Source: an uncultured bacterium (GTDB lineage: Bacteria; Fidelibacterota; Marinisomatia; Marinisomatales; UBA1611). Taken from it: a stretch of 64,000 nucleotides of DNA. A program made the position numbers and the translations under genes. The DNA lies in assembly GCA_943788175.1 (NCBI GenBank), contig CALSPG010000006.1, forward strand, positions 192,001 through 256,000. Direction: 5' to 3'. The notes under the pieces were generated by a model. The model saw nothing but the letters and a program-made list of their open reading frames with translations, ran no database searches and was not told the DNA's origin. This document shows positions 51,872 to 61,271 of the stretch, piece by piece (position 1 is the first letter of the stretch; the number at the start of each line of letters is the position of its first letter).

Positions 51872-53929
51872 TTAAAAAGCCTGAGCAATAATTATAACTA
51901 AAATACCAGCGACAACAAAAAGTAAATAATTTTGTAATCGTCCGGTCTGTACGTTTCTTAAAAGTTTACCGACTGTATTGGATGCGCGCCCAAAACCATC
52001 AACAAAACCTTGATCAATTCCACTGTAATCAAACTTGCCTGAGACAGTGCTGAGTAATTTGGTTAGTTTTCCAAAACCATTAATAAAATATTTATCATAA
52101 AACTCCCAATCTAGCCATGAAATTGTATGAGCTAATCGAAGAAATGGCTGATAGAGGTAACGATTATAGTTTTCATCAAAATAAAATTTATTTAGGCTCC
52201 AATCATAGAAAAAGCCAAATTTTTCAGAAATATTTTTTGCTGATATTACCTTTTTCTGATACATAAGATACGCTAACAAAATTCCAATCGATGCTACAAT
52301 AAGCGATAAACCCATTGCCAAATAATGTGCATGATGCGCATACTCTGCAATCTCATTCGCTGTTAGGCTTCCTGGTACTGCAGAATTTCTTGGAATAATT
52401 AGATCAGTAAACCACCCCTTATCCTTCATCGGATTAAAATTATGAGGTAATGTATAAAAAATAAAGAAGCTTAATGAACCCAGCAGAACAATAGGACTAG
52501 TCATTTCTTTTGGTGATTCATGAATATTTTTAACTATCGATTTGATGTTTGGATTACCATGAAACGTCATAAAAATAAGACGAAACATATAAAAAGCAGT
52601 CAAAGCAGCAGCTAAAAAGCCAAAAAAAGGTAATAGGAAATGCTCAGGATGATGCTGAGCAAAAGATAATGTACCCGCCAAAATTGCATCCTTTGACAAA
52701 AAACCCGAAAACAATGGCACTCCAGCTATAGCCAATGTACTTACTAACATTGAAAAATACGTGATCGGCATTTTATCTTTAAACCCGCCCATATTTCTCA
52801 TATCTTGAGGATCCGTATCATGATCATGGGCTTTATGTAGAGCATGATGCATAGAGTGTATGACTGAACCACTACAATAAAATAGGTTCGCTTTGAACAT
52901 CGCATGTGTTAATAAATGAAAAAATGCTGCTGTATATACTCCCGTTCCAACAGCTAGAATCATAAAGCCTAATTGACTAACGGTAGAGTAGGCTAAAACT
53001 TTTTTAATATCGTTTTGTGAAACGGCTATCAAAGCTGCTAATATCGCAGTTATAGCACCGATATAAGCGATTACTATCAGGGCACTTGGTGTGAAAATTG
53101 GGAACAATCTAACACACATGTAAACTCCGGCAGCAACCATTGTAGCTGCATGCATTAGAGCAGAGACAGGGGTGGGTCCTTCCATCGCATCCGGTAGCCA
53201 TATATGAAGCGGAAATTGTGAAGACTTACCAACAGCACCCATAAAAATTCCTAACCCCGCTATAGTCAAAGTTGTACCAGCAATAGCTTGGCCACCAGCT
53301 ATTGATTCAAAAATAGGATTAAATGCAAATGCGCCAACAGCAGAGTATAATAACATAATACCAATGAAAAACCCAATATCACCAACACGATTTGTGAGGA
53401 AAGCTTTCTTACTAGCATTTGCTGCACTGTCTTTTTCAAACCAGTGACCAATAAGCAAATACGAACTAACCCCAACGAGTTCCCAGGACATATACATTGA
53501 AATCAAGTTATCCGCCAAAACGATTCCATTCATTGAAAATGTAAACAGTCCTAAATATGCAAAATAACGGTTGTAACGAATGTCACCTTTCATATAGGCG
53601 AGTGAAAAAATATGAGTACAACTAGAAACAAGAGTAACAATTAGCAACATAACTATTGTTAGGTTATCAACTAAGATACCAAGATTAATTTTAAACTCAC
53701 CCAGATTAATCCATGAAAATGATGCCCCATGACTAAAATCAGGATCATAGTTCAAAAACATCTGCAGGAATAAGTAACAGGCTAATAAAAAGGTTGTGAC
53801 TATAGACCCAACAGCCACCCAGTCACCTTGGCGAGGAAGCTTATTACCAAAGAAAATTACAATTATAAAAGAAAGTAAGGGCAAAAAGAGAATAAGTAAC
53901 GGAAACAGAATCATCGGATTTTCAATCAT
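51872..53929 (-). CDS. nuoL: Complex I subunit L
   Basis: GKSSQFPLHIWLPDAMEGPTPVSALMHAATMV, KKVLAYSTVSQLG, QTGRLQNY. Confidence 0.96.
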   Translation of the reverse strand: MIENPMILFPLLILFLPLLSFIIVIFFGNKLPRQGDWVAVGSIVTTFLLACYLFLQMFLNYDPDFSHGASFSWINLGEFKINLGILVDNLTIVMLLIVTLVSSCTHIFSLAYMKGDIRYNRYFAYLGLFTFSMNGIVLADNLISMYMSWELVGVSSYLLIGHWFEKDSAANASKKAFLTNRVGDIGFFIGIMLLYSAVGAFAFNPIFESIAGGQAIAGTTLTIAGLGIFMGAVGKSSQFPLHIWLPDAMEGPTPVSALMHAATMVAAGVYMCVRLFPIFTPSALIVIAYIGAITAILAALIAVSQNDIKKVLAYSTVSQLGFMILAVGTGVYTAAFFHLLTHAMFKANLFYCSGSVIHSMHHALHKAHDHDTDPQDMRNMGGFKDKMPITYFSMLVSTLAIAGVPLFSGFLSKDAILAGTLSFAQHHPEHFLLPFFGFLAAALTAFYMFRLIFMTFHGNPNIKSIVKNIHESPKEMTSPIVLLGSLSFFIFYTLPHNFNPMKDKGWFTDLIIPRNSAVPGSLTANEIAEYAHHAHYLAMGLSLIVASIGILLAYLMYQKKVISAKNISEKFGFFYDWSLNKFYFDENYNRYLYQPFLRLAHTISWLDWEFYDKYFINGFGKLTKLLSTVSGKFDYSGIDQGFVDGFGRASNTVGKLLRNVQTGRLQNYLLFVVAGILVIIIAQAF

Positions 53930-54234
53930 CTTTTAAGCTCCGAAACATCATCAATATTTACAGTATTCATATTATTGTAAATATTTATAATAATTGCTAG
54001 CGCAACAGCCGCTTCCGCAGCAGCTAAAACGATTACTAGCAACGCAAAAATATGACCATCTAAATTCATACCATTGAATTTTGAAAATGCTACAAAGTTA
54101 ATATTTGCAGCATTTAAAATAAGTTCAACCCCCATTAGAACAGCTATCGCGTTTCTTCTGGTTATTACACCAAAAAGGCCTAGACAAAATAGCATTGAAG
54201 AAATAAAAAGGTACGAGTCAAGACTATTCATCAA
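53926..54234 (-). CDS. nuoK: Complex I subunit K
   Basis: MGVELILN, AAAEAAVALA. Confidence 0.95.
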   Translation of the reverse strand: MMNSLDSYLFISSMLFCLGLFGVITRRNAIAVLMGVELILNAANINFVAFSKFNGMNLDGHIFALLVIVLAAAEAAVALAIIINIYNNMNTVNIDDVSELKR

Positions 54235-54719
54235 GAATCCCCTCTAGACAAAACAGCGGCGCCGATAAGGGCACCAAGCAAAAGAACAGAAATGATCTCA
54301 AAAGGAAGCAAGTAATCTGTTAGCAACAAGATACCAATACCCCTTACAGTTCCGACTGGCTCTATTGCCTCAGTTACAACCCAGGGTGCTTTTGTAAGAG
54401 CAAGGAATAAAAAAATAAAGAACCAAAATATTACTACACCCCCAACGCCTTGCTGCATACTCTTGTGCGATATTCTAACTGATTTTATTTTATTTGTCAA
54501 CATTATACCAAAAATAACTAGTACAAGAATTCCACCAACATAAACTAGTATTTGAATACCGGCAATGAAATCTGCCCATAAAAAAACATAGAGACCTGCT
54601 GTGCCAAATAATGTAAACAATAAGGCCACAGCTGAATAGACCAACTGATTATTGAGTACAACAAATGCCGCTGACATAACTGTCAATGCTGAAATTATCC
54701 AGAAAACAATATCAGCCAT
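54231..54719 (-). CDS. nuoJ: Complex I subunit J
   Basis: QILVYVGGILVL, YLLPFEIISVLL; likely start MADIVF. Confidence 0.93.
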   Translation of the reverse strand: MADIVFWIISALTVMSAAFVVLNNQLVYSAVALLFTLFGTAGLYVFLWADFIAGIQILVYVGGILVLVIFGIMLTNKIKSVRISHKSMQQGVGGVVIFWFFIFLFLALTKAPWVVTEAIEPVGTVRGIGILLLTDYLLPFEIISVLLLGALIGAAVLSRGDS

Positions 54720-54723
54720 GTAA

Positions 54724-55305
54724 TTAAGCTTCCGCCTCTTGTTTAGCATTCATTTCCGCCAAGCCTTCTTTAGCTCCTTTTTTAGCAAACCTGTATATTA
54801 GATCACTTCTATCTGGTTCAGAGAACTCATAATCGATAGGGTGCTTTTTAGCGTTCGGACCACCTGTCATAAAAATACACTCTTCAGGACATGGATAAGT
54901 GCATAAATTACAATAACAACACTCTGACATATCAATATCAAACCTAGTAACGACTAGAGCTTTTCTAGTACCATTGGAAGTAATACCTTTATGCTTAATT
55001 TCCTTTAAGTCTTCACCCCTAACTGGCGCTTTCTCTGTAACAATTTTAATACAGTCAACCGGACACGCTCTTTCACATTTTAGGCAACCAATACAATCAT
55101 CCATATCTACATGAAGTCTTGAACGAATAACATTATAACTATTGTGATCAAAACCAATGTTCCTCTCAGGCCTTGGCCACTTTTCTTCCGGATATTGCAA
55201 TGTCACATTATCATTTCTTGCTTTAATTAGATGCATTAAAGTGATACCCATACCACCTAAAATTGAGCTCACACTTTCATAAATATCTGTAAAATATCTT
55301 TTCAT
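54724..55305 (-). CDS. nuoI: Complex I subunit I (2x[4Fe-4S])
   Basis: TLQYPEE, CIGCLKCERACP, CCYCNLCTYPCP. Confidence 0.93.
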   Translation of the reverse strand: MKRYFTDIYESVSSILGGMGITLMHLIKARNDNVTLQYPEEKWPRPERNIGFDHNSYNVIRSRLHVDMDDCIGCLKCERACPVDCIKIVTEKAPVRGEDLKEIKHKGITSNGTRKALVVTRFDIDMSECCYCNLCTYPCPEECIFMTGGPNAKKHPIDYEFSEPDRSDLIYRFAKKGAKEGLAEMNAKQEAEA

Positions 55306-55313
55306 TTATTACC

Positions 55314-56390
55314 TTAAGAGTTAAAAACCACTGTCCATATAGCCACACCAAATATATTTAATAAGGCTATTGGAAGAAAAACTTTCCAACATACATTCAT
55401 CAATTGATCTACTCTCAACCTTGGAAGAGTCCAACGAAGCCAAATCATTACAAATATCAAAAACCCTGTTTTGCTTATCATCCAGAAAACACTCCAAGCA
55501 GGTGTGCTCATAAAACCATCAAACGGACTTTGCCATCCCCCTAAAAAACCAGCTGCAGCTACAGCGCTGACAACAAACATATTCGCATATTCGCTAAGGA
55601 AGAAGAAAGCATACCTCATACCTGAGTACTCCGTGGCAAACCCAGCTACGAGCTCAGACTCTGATTCTGGTAAATCAAAAGGCGTCCGATTTACTTCAGC
55701 TAGCGCACTAATAAAATATACGACAAAAGCTATCGGAACAAATGGGTTATCAAATATAATCCAGTTAAATATACCGCCTTCTTGGTATTTGATAATATCT
55801 TGTAAGTTTAGAGTACCCGCTAACATTATCACAACAATCAATGAAAGTCCCGCTGGAATTTCGTAACTAACTATCTGAGCGGCAGAACGCATTCCTCCGT
55901 ACAGAGACCACTTATTATTTGATGCCCAACCCGCTAAAATAAGAGATAAAACAGCTATCGAACCAACACCCAAAATATAAAAAAGACCAATATTAAGGTC
56001 TGCAACAATAATAGATTCACCAAATGGAATAGCCACAAAACTAATAAAAGCTCCAATGAAAATCATAAAAGGAGCAAGTATAAACAATGGCCTATCGGCA
56101 CTTGAAGGAATTATGTCTTCTTTAAGCAATAATTTTAGAGCATCCGCAACAGGTTGAAGCAAACCCCATTTACCTGCATGAAGCCCCACACCTTGCCCCA
56201 TAGGACCTACTTTATCTTGAATGAAAGAGGAAACTTTTAGCTCAGCGTAAATAACGATTAGAGCATAAATAGTAATAAATCCAAAAATAGCCAAACATGG
56301 AATCAACATAGAAGCCAAAAGGAGATAATCCGAACCGAGAAACCCACCTAATAAACCAGTCAAAAAATCAAAAATATAGTCTACTGTCAT
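55314..56390 (-). CDS. nuoH: Complex I subunit H
   Basis: GLLQPVADALKL, RSAAQIVSYE, NRTPFDLPESESEL, PRLRVDQL. Confidence 0.96.
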   Translation of the reverse strand: MTVDYIFDFLTGLLGGFLGSDYLLLASMLIPCLAIFGFITIYALIVIYAELKVSSFIQDKVGPMGQGVGLHAGKWGLLQPVADALKLLLKEDIIPSSADRPLFILAPFMIFIGAFISFVAIPFGESIIVADLNIGLFYILGVGSIAVLSLILAGWASNNKWSLYGGMRSAAQIVSYEIPAGLSLIVVIMLAGTLNLQDIIKYQEGGIFNWIIFDNPFVPIAFVVYFISALAEVNRTPFDLPESESELVAGFATEYSGMRYAFFFLSEYANMFVVSAVAAAGFLGGWQSPFDGFMSTPAWSVFWMISKTGFLIFVMIWLRWTLPRLRVDQLMNVCWKVFLPIALLNIFGVAIWTVVFNS

Positions 56391-57508
56391 CGATCAATCT
56401 CACCAAGAACAATATCAAGACTACCAAGAATAGCTAAAACATCTGACATCAACCAGCCACCAGCGATTTCGTCAAGGACACCTAATGCTGTAAATGCTGG
56501 TGAGCGCATTTTTAATCGAGAAGGAGTATCTGAACCATCACTTTCAATGTAATAGCCTAGATCACCACGAGGAGATTCTGTCCTACTATAGATAGAGCCT
56601 TTTGGGGGTCTTATTTTTTTTGGCATGCTCTGATGAACGTCACCATCTTTTGGAAGCTGGTCTATAGCCTGCCTAACAATCTTCACACTTTCTCTAATTT
56701 CTTGTAATCTAACATAAAACCTATCCCAAGAATCCCCAACAGTACCCTTTATACCCTGACCAACTGGAACGTTAAAATCAAATTTATCATAAATCGAATA
56801 TGGATCATCTTTTCTTAAATCCCAGTTAACTCCCGAAGCTCGTAGATTAGGGCCCGTAACGCCAAAATTAATAGCGACCTCAGCTGGCATAATACCTATA
56901 TCAGCAGTTCTTTCGACAAAAATTTTATTGTGCCCAAGCAAGTTTTCAAATTCATCTATCTTAGGTTCAAAATAGTCAAGAAAATTTAAAGTTGCCTCAA
57001 CAAACCCCTTGGGCAAATCATGACTAAGACCCCCAACCCACATGTAATTATAAAGCAACCTTGCACCACAAGTCATTTCAAATAAATCAATAATTCTCTC
57101 TCGGTCTCTTAACATATGCAGAAATGGGGTAAAGGCACCTAAATCCAAACCAAAAACGCCTGTTGCTAACAAGTGACTAGCTATTCTTTGCAATTCAGCC
57201 ATTATAACTCTAATGTGCTGCACCCTATCATTAACTTTGATATCCATCAACTTCTCCACAGCAACAACATAACCAAAATTCATTGTCATCGAAGCCAAAT
57301 AATCGCACCGGTCTGTAAATGGTATAACTTGCTCATAAGTTACGTTTTCGCAATGCTTCTCAAAACAGCGATGCAAATAACCCAAATAAGGAGTGATTTC
57401 AGAAATCACTTCCCCATCTGTCTTTACTTGTAACCGCAAAACACCATGTGTTGCAGGATGCTGAGGCCCAATATTAAGGACCATCTCCTGTCCGTGTACT
57501 ACTCCCAT
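56387..57508 (-). CDS. nuoD: Complex I subunit D
   Basis: NIGPQHPATHGVLRL, GYLHR, ESPRG, SLDIVLGEIDR. Confidence 0.95.
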   Translation of the reverse strand: MGVVHGQEMVLNIGPQHPATHGVLRLQVKTDGEVISEITPYLGYLHRCFEKHCENVTYEQVIPFTDRCDYLASMTMNFGYVVAVEKLMDIKVNDRVQHIRVIMAELQRIASHLLATGVFGLDLGAFTPFLHMLRDRERIIDLFEMTCGARLLYNYMWVGGLSHDLPKGFVEATLNFLDYFEPKIDEFENLLGHNKIFVERTADIGIMPAEVAINFGVTGPNLRASGVNWDLRKDDPYSIYDKFDFNVPVGQGIKGTVGDSWDRFYVRLQEIRESVKIVRQAIDQLPKDGDVHQSMPKKIRPPKGSIYSRTESPRGDLGYYIESDGSDTPSRLKMRSPAFTALGVLDEIAGGWLMSDVLAILGSLDIVLGEIDR

Positions 57509-58191
57509 CCTTCTTTCACTTTCGGCACGACAATGCCATGATATGTTTCTTGTTCTTCATAATTTTTTCTAAGAGGCCACCCCTCCCAATCTTCAGGGAG
57601 TAAAATACGTCGAAGATCTCTATGCCCTGTAAAATTAATACCAAACATGTCATAAGTTTCTCTTTCAAACCAATCGGCAACTCTCCACAAACTTTCAACA
57701 GATGGTATATTTGGATTTTCAATACTTACTTTTATCCTTATTTCAATTGCGTGTAAATGCTTCATAGAATGCAAGTTATATCTCGATTCTAACATTCCCC
57801 CCTCCAAGTCGAATCCCGTATTACACTGCAAGGAATCAAAGTATAAATCTTCATTTTCTTTCAAATGTTTAGCTATATCAAACCAATTTTCTGCCTTCAT
57901 TTGAATCCATTCGCCGTTTTGTTCGCCGTCTAAAAAATTTGAAAAGTTTTTAGTCAAAGAAGCAATAACTATGTGTTCAATTGTGTCTTTAGCTTTTACG
58001 TCAGAATGCTCAGAAACTTCAGAGGCCTTGCTCTTGATTTCAGTTTCTGGCTGAGATCTCTTTGCTTTTACTAACGCGGCCTTTGCTTTCGATCTAGTGA
58101 CACGGTCTTCGATATTATTGATGGGATCCATGTCACCAGCTAATGCTTTAGCTACTACATCATCAATTAGAACCTGTATATCTTCGCTCAA
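57499..58191 (-). CDS. nuoC: Complex I subunit C with ~70-aa N-terminal extension
   Basis: [27 protein letters not shown]. Confidence 0.93.
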   Translation of the reverse strand: MSEDIQVLIDDVVAKALAGDMDPINNIEDRVTRSKAKAALVKAKRSQPETEIKSKASEVSEHSDVKAKDTIEHIVIASLTKNFSNFLDGEQNGEWIQMKAENWFDIAKHLKENEDLYFDSLQCNTGFDLEGGMLESRYNLHSMKHLHAIEIRIKVSIENPNIPSVESLWRVADWFERETYDMFGINFTGHRDLRRILLPEDWEGWPLRKNYEEQETYHGIVVPKVKEGWE

Positions 58192-58679
58192 CTCATTTTC
58201 CTTGTTAGAGGACGACCTTCTAAAATTTGTTCTTGTAGCTTCAGCAAGCCTTCAATTAAAGCCTCTGGTCTAGGAGGGCATCCAGGTACATAAACGTCCA
58301 CAGGAATAACTAAGTCCACTCCTTTTAATACGTGATAGCCATGTTGCCAATATGGCCCGCCGCTAGTAGCACAGGAACCCATGGCAACAACATATTTAGG
58401 ATCTGCCATCTGCTCATACAACTTCTTTACCCTTAGAGCCATTTTCATAGTAACAGTACCAGCGACAATCATTACATCCGCTTGTCTAGGAGATGACCTC
58501 GGGATTATTCCAATTCTCATCAAATCGTGTCTGCTGGCAGCAGCAGCCATCATCTCAATAGCACAACAGGCAGTTCCAAACTGAAAAAACCATGGTGATG
58601 TAGATCTAGCCCAGCTTAATAGTTTATCTAATTTTTCAACAACAATATTATCATCAAATCTATTTTCTAATAATCCCAT
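58188..58679 (-). CDS. nuoB: Complex I subunit B
   Basis: [28 protein letters not shown]. Confidence 0.97.
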   Translation of the reverse strand: MGLLENRFDDNIVVEKLDKLLSWARSTSPWFFQFGTACCAIEMMAAAASRHDLMRIGIIPRSSPRQADVMIVAGTVTMKMALRVKKLYEQMADPKYVVAMGSCATSGGPYWQHGYHVLKGVDLVIPVDVYVPGCPPRPEALIEGLLKLQEQILEGRPLTRKMS

Positions 58680-59096
58680 TTAATCCTCCGAAGATGCCGA
58701 TAAAGGTTTATACCTACCACCACCATACTTAATTTTTCTTCTAACCCATTCTAAGTCAGACTTAACCCAGACATAAGCCAATCCAGCGCAGAGGATCAAC
58801 AAGAAAATGCCCATTTCTATTAGAGCAAGCAGACCCATCTCCTTAAAAACAACTGCCCAAGGGAAAAGAAACACAACCTCAACATCAAAAATCAAGAAAA
58901 TTAGGGCAATGATATAAAACCGAATGTTAAACTGCAGCCAAGCAGAACCCTCAGCTTCTTCACCGCATTCGTAAGTATCAAGCTTATCTTTAGTCTTGTT
59001 TGAAGGCGCAATGAGCCAACTAATAAGAAGCGGAATAGATACCATGACGGCGCCCATGATTACTGCAAAAAAAACGGTTCCAAAATCTCTGTACAT
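58680..59096 (-). CDS. nuoA: Complex I subunit A
   Basis: YECG, FLIFDVEVVFLFPW. Confidence 0.96.
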   Translation of the reverse strand: MYRDFGTVFFAVIMGAVMVSIPLLISWLIAPSNKTKDKLDTYECGEEAEGSAWLQFNIRFYIIALIFLIFDVEVVFLFPWAVVFKEMGLLALIEMGIFLLILCAGLAYVWVKSDLEWVRRKIKYGGGRYKPLSASSED

Positions 59097-59125
59097 AATA
59101 ATATAACTTTAGTAATTAGGATGCG

Positions 59126-59155
59126 AATTTAGACGCTTGTGTTTTCGTTAGTCAA
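59126..59155 (-). promoter_or_regulatory. Putative housekeeping promoter of the nuo operon
   Basis: TTGACT-N18-TAAATT about 30 nt upstream of nuoA. Confidence 0.55.
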
Positions 59156-59246
59156 TCTAAACTTGATAATAAAATAGATAAAAAAATTTGCTCGTGTTAA
59201 ATGATGTTCAGCTTAAATTTTATAATGAAAAAAAATATAAAATAAA

Positions 59247-60146
59247 ATGTTAAATAAATTTTTAGCTTTATCTGTTCCAATATTACCAAAATGGTTCGTT
59301 GAATTATTTTCAAAATCATACGTTGCTGGTTATAGTTCAAAAGAAGTTTTAAGTATTGTTAAAGAACTTAATGATAAAGGTTTTTCAACGACTATTGATA
59401 TCCTAGGAGAGCATGTAAGCGATTTAGACATCGCAGAAAAAATAACTAAGGAATATTGCGATTTGTATGAAAAAATTTACCAAGAATCAATTGATAGCAA
59501 TATTTCTATTAAACCTTCACATATTGGACTAGATATTTCAGAGGAAGTCGTTTTGAATAATTTTCAAAAGATTTTAAAAAAAGCAAAAGAATACTCAAAC
59601 TTTTTGAGAATCGATATGGAAAGCTCAAAAAGCACTGATATAACTTTTAAAATATACAATCAATTGAAATTAACTTATTCAAAAACAGGCGTTGTATTGC
59701 AAGCTTATTTAAGAAGAAGCTTAAAAGATATTGAAAGCTTGGGCTCCCATAATTTTAACGCAAGGATTTGTAAGGGCATCTACCAGGAAAATTCAAAAGT
59801 TGCTATCAAGGATCCAGAAAAAATACGAGTTAACTTTTTAAAAATGGCTAAACTTATGTCAGAAAAAAAATCATATGCATGCTATGCTACGCACGATCAA
59901 CATTTAATAGATGCCTTAATAAATATGATTAAAAAGCATACTATAGACTCCTCAACTTTTGAATTTCAAGTCCTATACGGAGTACCAATGAATGGAAGAC
60001 TCGAAGAACTTTTATCTTTAGGCTATAAAGTGAGAGTTTACGTGCCCTACGGCCCCGATTGGTACGACTACTCTTTAAGAAGACTTAAAGAAAATCCGGA
60101 TATCGCAGGTTATGTCTTAAAAAATCTTTTTTCTAAAAATAGTTAA
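59247..60146 (+). CDS. Monofunctional proline dehydrogenase (PRODH)
   Basis: DILGE, RIDME, LQAYL, RICKGIY, ATHD, FQVLYG, VYVPYG, RRLKE. Confidence 0.92.
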   Translation: MLNKFLALSVPILPKWFVELFSKSYVAGYSSKEVLSIVKELNDKGFSTTIDILGEHVSDLDIAEKITKEYCDLYEKIYQESIDSNISIKPSHIGLDISEEVVLNNFQKILKKAKEYSNFLRIDMESSKSTDITFKIYNQLKLTYSKTGVVLQAYLRRSLKDIESLGSHNFNARICKGIYQENSKVAIKDPEKIRVNFLKMAKLMSEKKSYACYATHDQHLIDALINMIKKHTIDSSTFEFQVLYGVPMNGRLEELLSLGYKVRVYVPYGPDWYDYSLRRLKENPDIAGYVLKNLFSKNS

Positions 60147-60156
60147 AACCTATACC

Positions 60157-61038
60157 TTAAGACTCTCCCCGAGTACCCCAACCCATTTTTGTTCTAAGCG
60201 TATGGAAGTAATCAGTATCATCGAAATCAATTAACCCTATTTGAAAATTAGAATTACTAATTAAGGCAACATCATTAGGCCTTAATACTTCATGAAGTTG
60301 ACCATCTGTGATAAATATAATGTCTTGATTGTAATTTGAGAACTTAATTTCAATACTAGATTTATTTGACACAACTAATGGCCTCGAGTTAAGTGAATGC
60401 GCAGAAATAGGAGTAATGACAAAGCTGTCAACATCTGGAGCGATAATAGGTCCACCGGATGATAAGGAGTATGCGGTTGATCCTGTTGGCGTAGCTACAA
60501 TTAAGCCATCAGACCTGTATTCAGATACCCTATTACCATTAACAAATACTTCCGATACAAGCAGCCTATGTGATTCTCCACTAGTAACAACAAAATCATT
60601 TAACCCGTATGATACTTTCTCACCACCACTCTTTTTTAAAACAGCCTTGACCATACTTCTTTTCTCAATTAAATAATCTCCCTTTGCAACTTGGTCTAGT
60701 CTTTGGAATATATCATCTAATGTTACCTTAGCTAAAAACCCTAAATCACCAAGATGAATTCCAAGGATCGGTGTGTCATGATGTTCTACAGCTCTTGCGC
60801 AACTTAAAAAAGTACCATCCCCACCTAAGACAAGCATGAAATCCATTTCATTTATTTTTTCATTTGAATTAATTACAGGTAAACTATTTGCATTAAATTC
60901 AATGTCTGTTTGAATTTTTTCGGTAATATAGATTTGAATTTTATTAATATTGGCCCAATCAATTATTTTTGGCAATATCTGCCAAAATACGCTTTTATCA
61001 GTATTACCCCACAAGCCAAAATTCTTTGGTTTAATCAT
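60157..61038 (-). CDS. nadK: NAD kinase
   Basis: LGGDGT, LND, DGLIVATPTGSTAYSLS. Confidence 0.96.
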   Translation of the reverse strand: MIKPKNFGLWGNTDKSVFWQILPKIIDWANINKIQIYITEKIQTDIEFNANSLPVINSNEKINEMDFMLVLGGDGTFLSCARAVEHHDTPILGIHLGDLGFLAKVTLDDIFQRLDQVAKGDYLIEKRSMVKAVLKKSGGEKVSYGLNDFVVTSGESHRLLVSEVFVNGNRVSEYRSDGLIVATPTGSTAYSLSSGGPIIAPDVDSFVITPISAHSLNSRPLVVSNKSSIEIKFSNYNQDIIFITDGQLHEVLRPNDVALISNSNFQIGLIDFDDTDYFHTLRTKMGWGTRGES

Positions 61039-61040
61039 AT

Positions 61041-61250
61041 TTATACTGAATTTGAATTTTTGGTTAAGGTTTTAATTTTAAGTTCAGCTTCATCAAGCTT
61101 GCTTTTACCTTCTTCAACTAAGCTCATGCCTTTTTCAAAAAGTTCAAGACTTTTTTCTAAATGAATATCACCTTCATCCATTTCGCCTACAATCTTTTCT
61201 AAATCTTCAAAAATATTTTCGAAAGATTTTGTTTTTTTTAGTTTCGCCAT
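61041..61250 (-). CDS. xseB: Exodeoxyribonuclease VII small subunit
   Basis: SFE...LEKIV...LEKSLELFEKG...AELKI. Confidence 0.93.
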   Translation of the reverse strand: MAKLKKTKSFENIFEDLEKIVGEMDEGDIHLEKSLELFEKGMSLVEEGKSKLDEAELKIKTLTKNSNSV

Positions 61251-61271
61251 AATTAACACCCCCCAATTAAA

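Noticed and set aside
56387-58679. Headless Nuo as a group 4 [NiFe] hydrogenase
   Set aside because: NuoD lacks both Ni-binding CxxC motifs (ends DIVLGEIDR) and NuoB has the complex I tandem CC.
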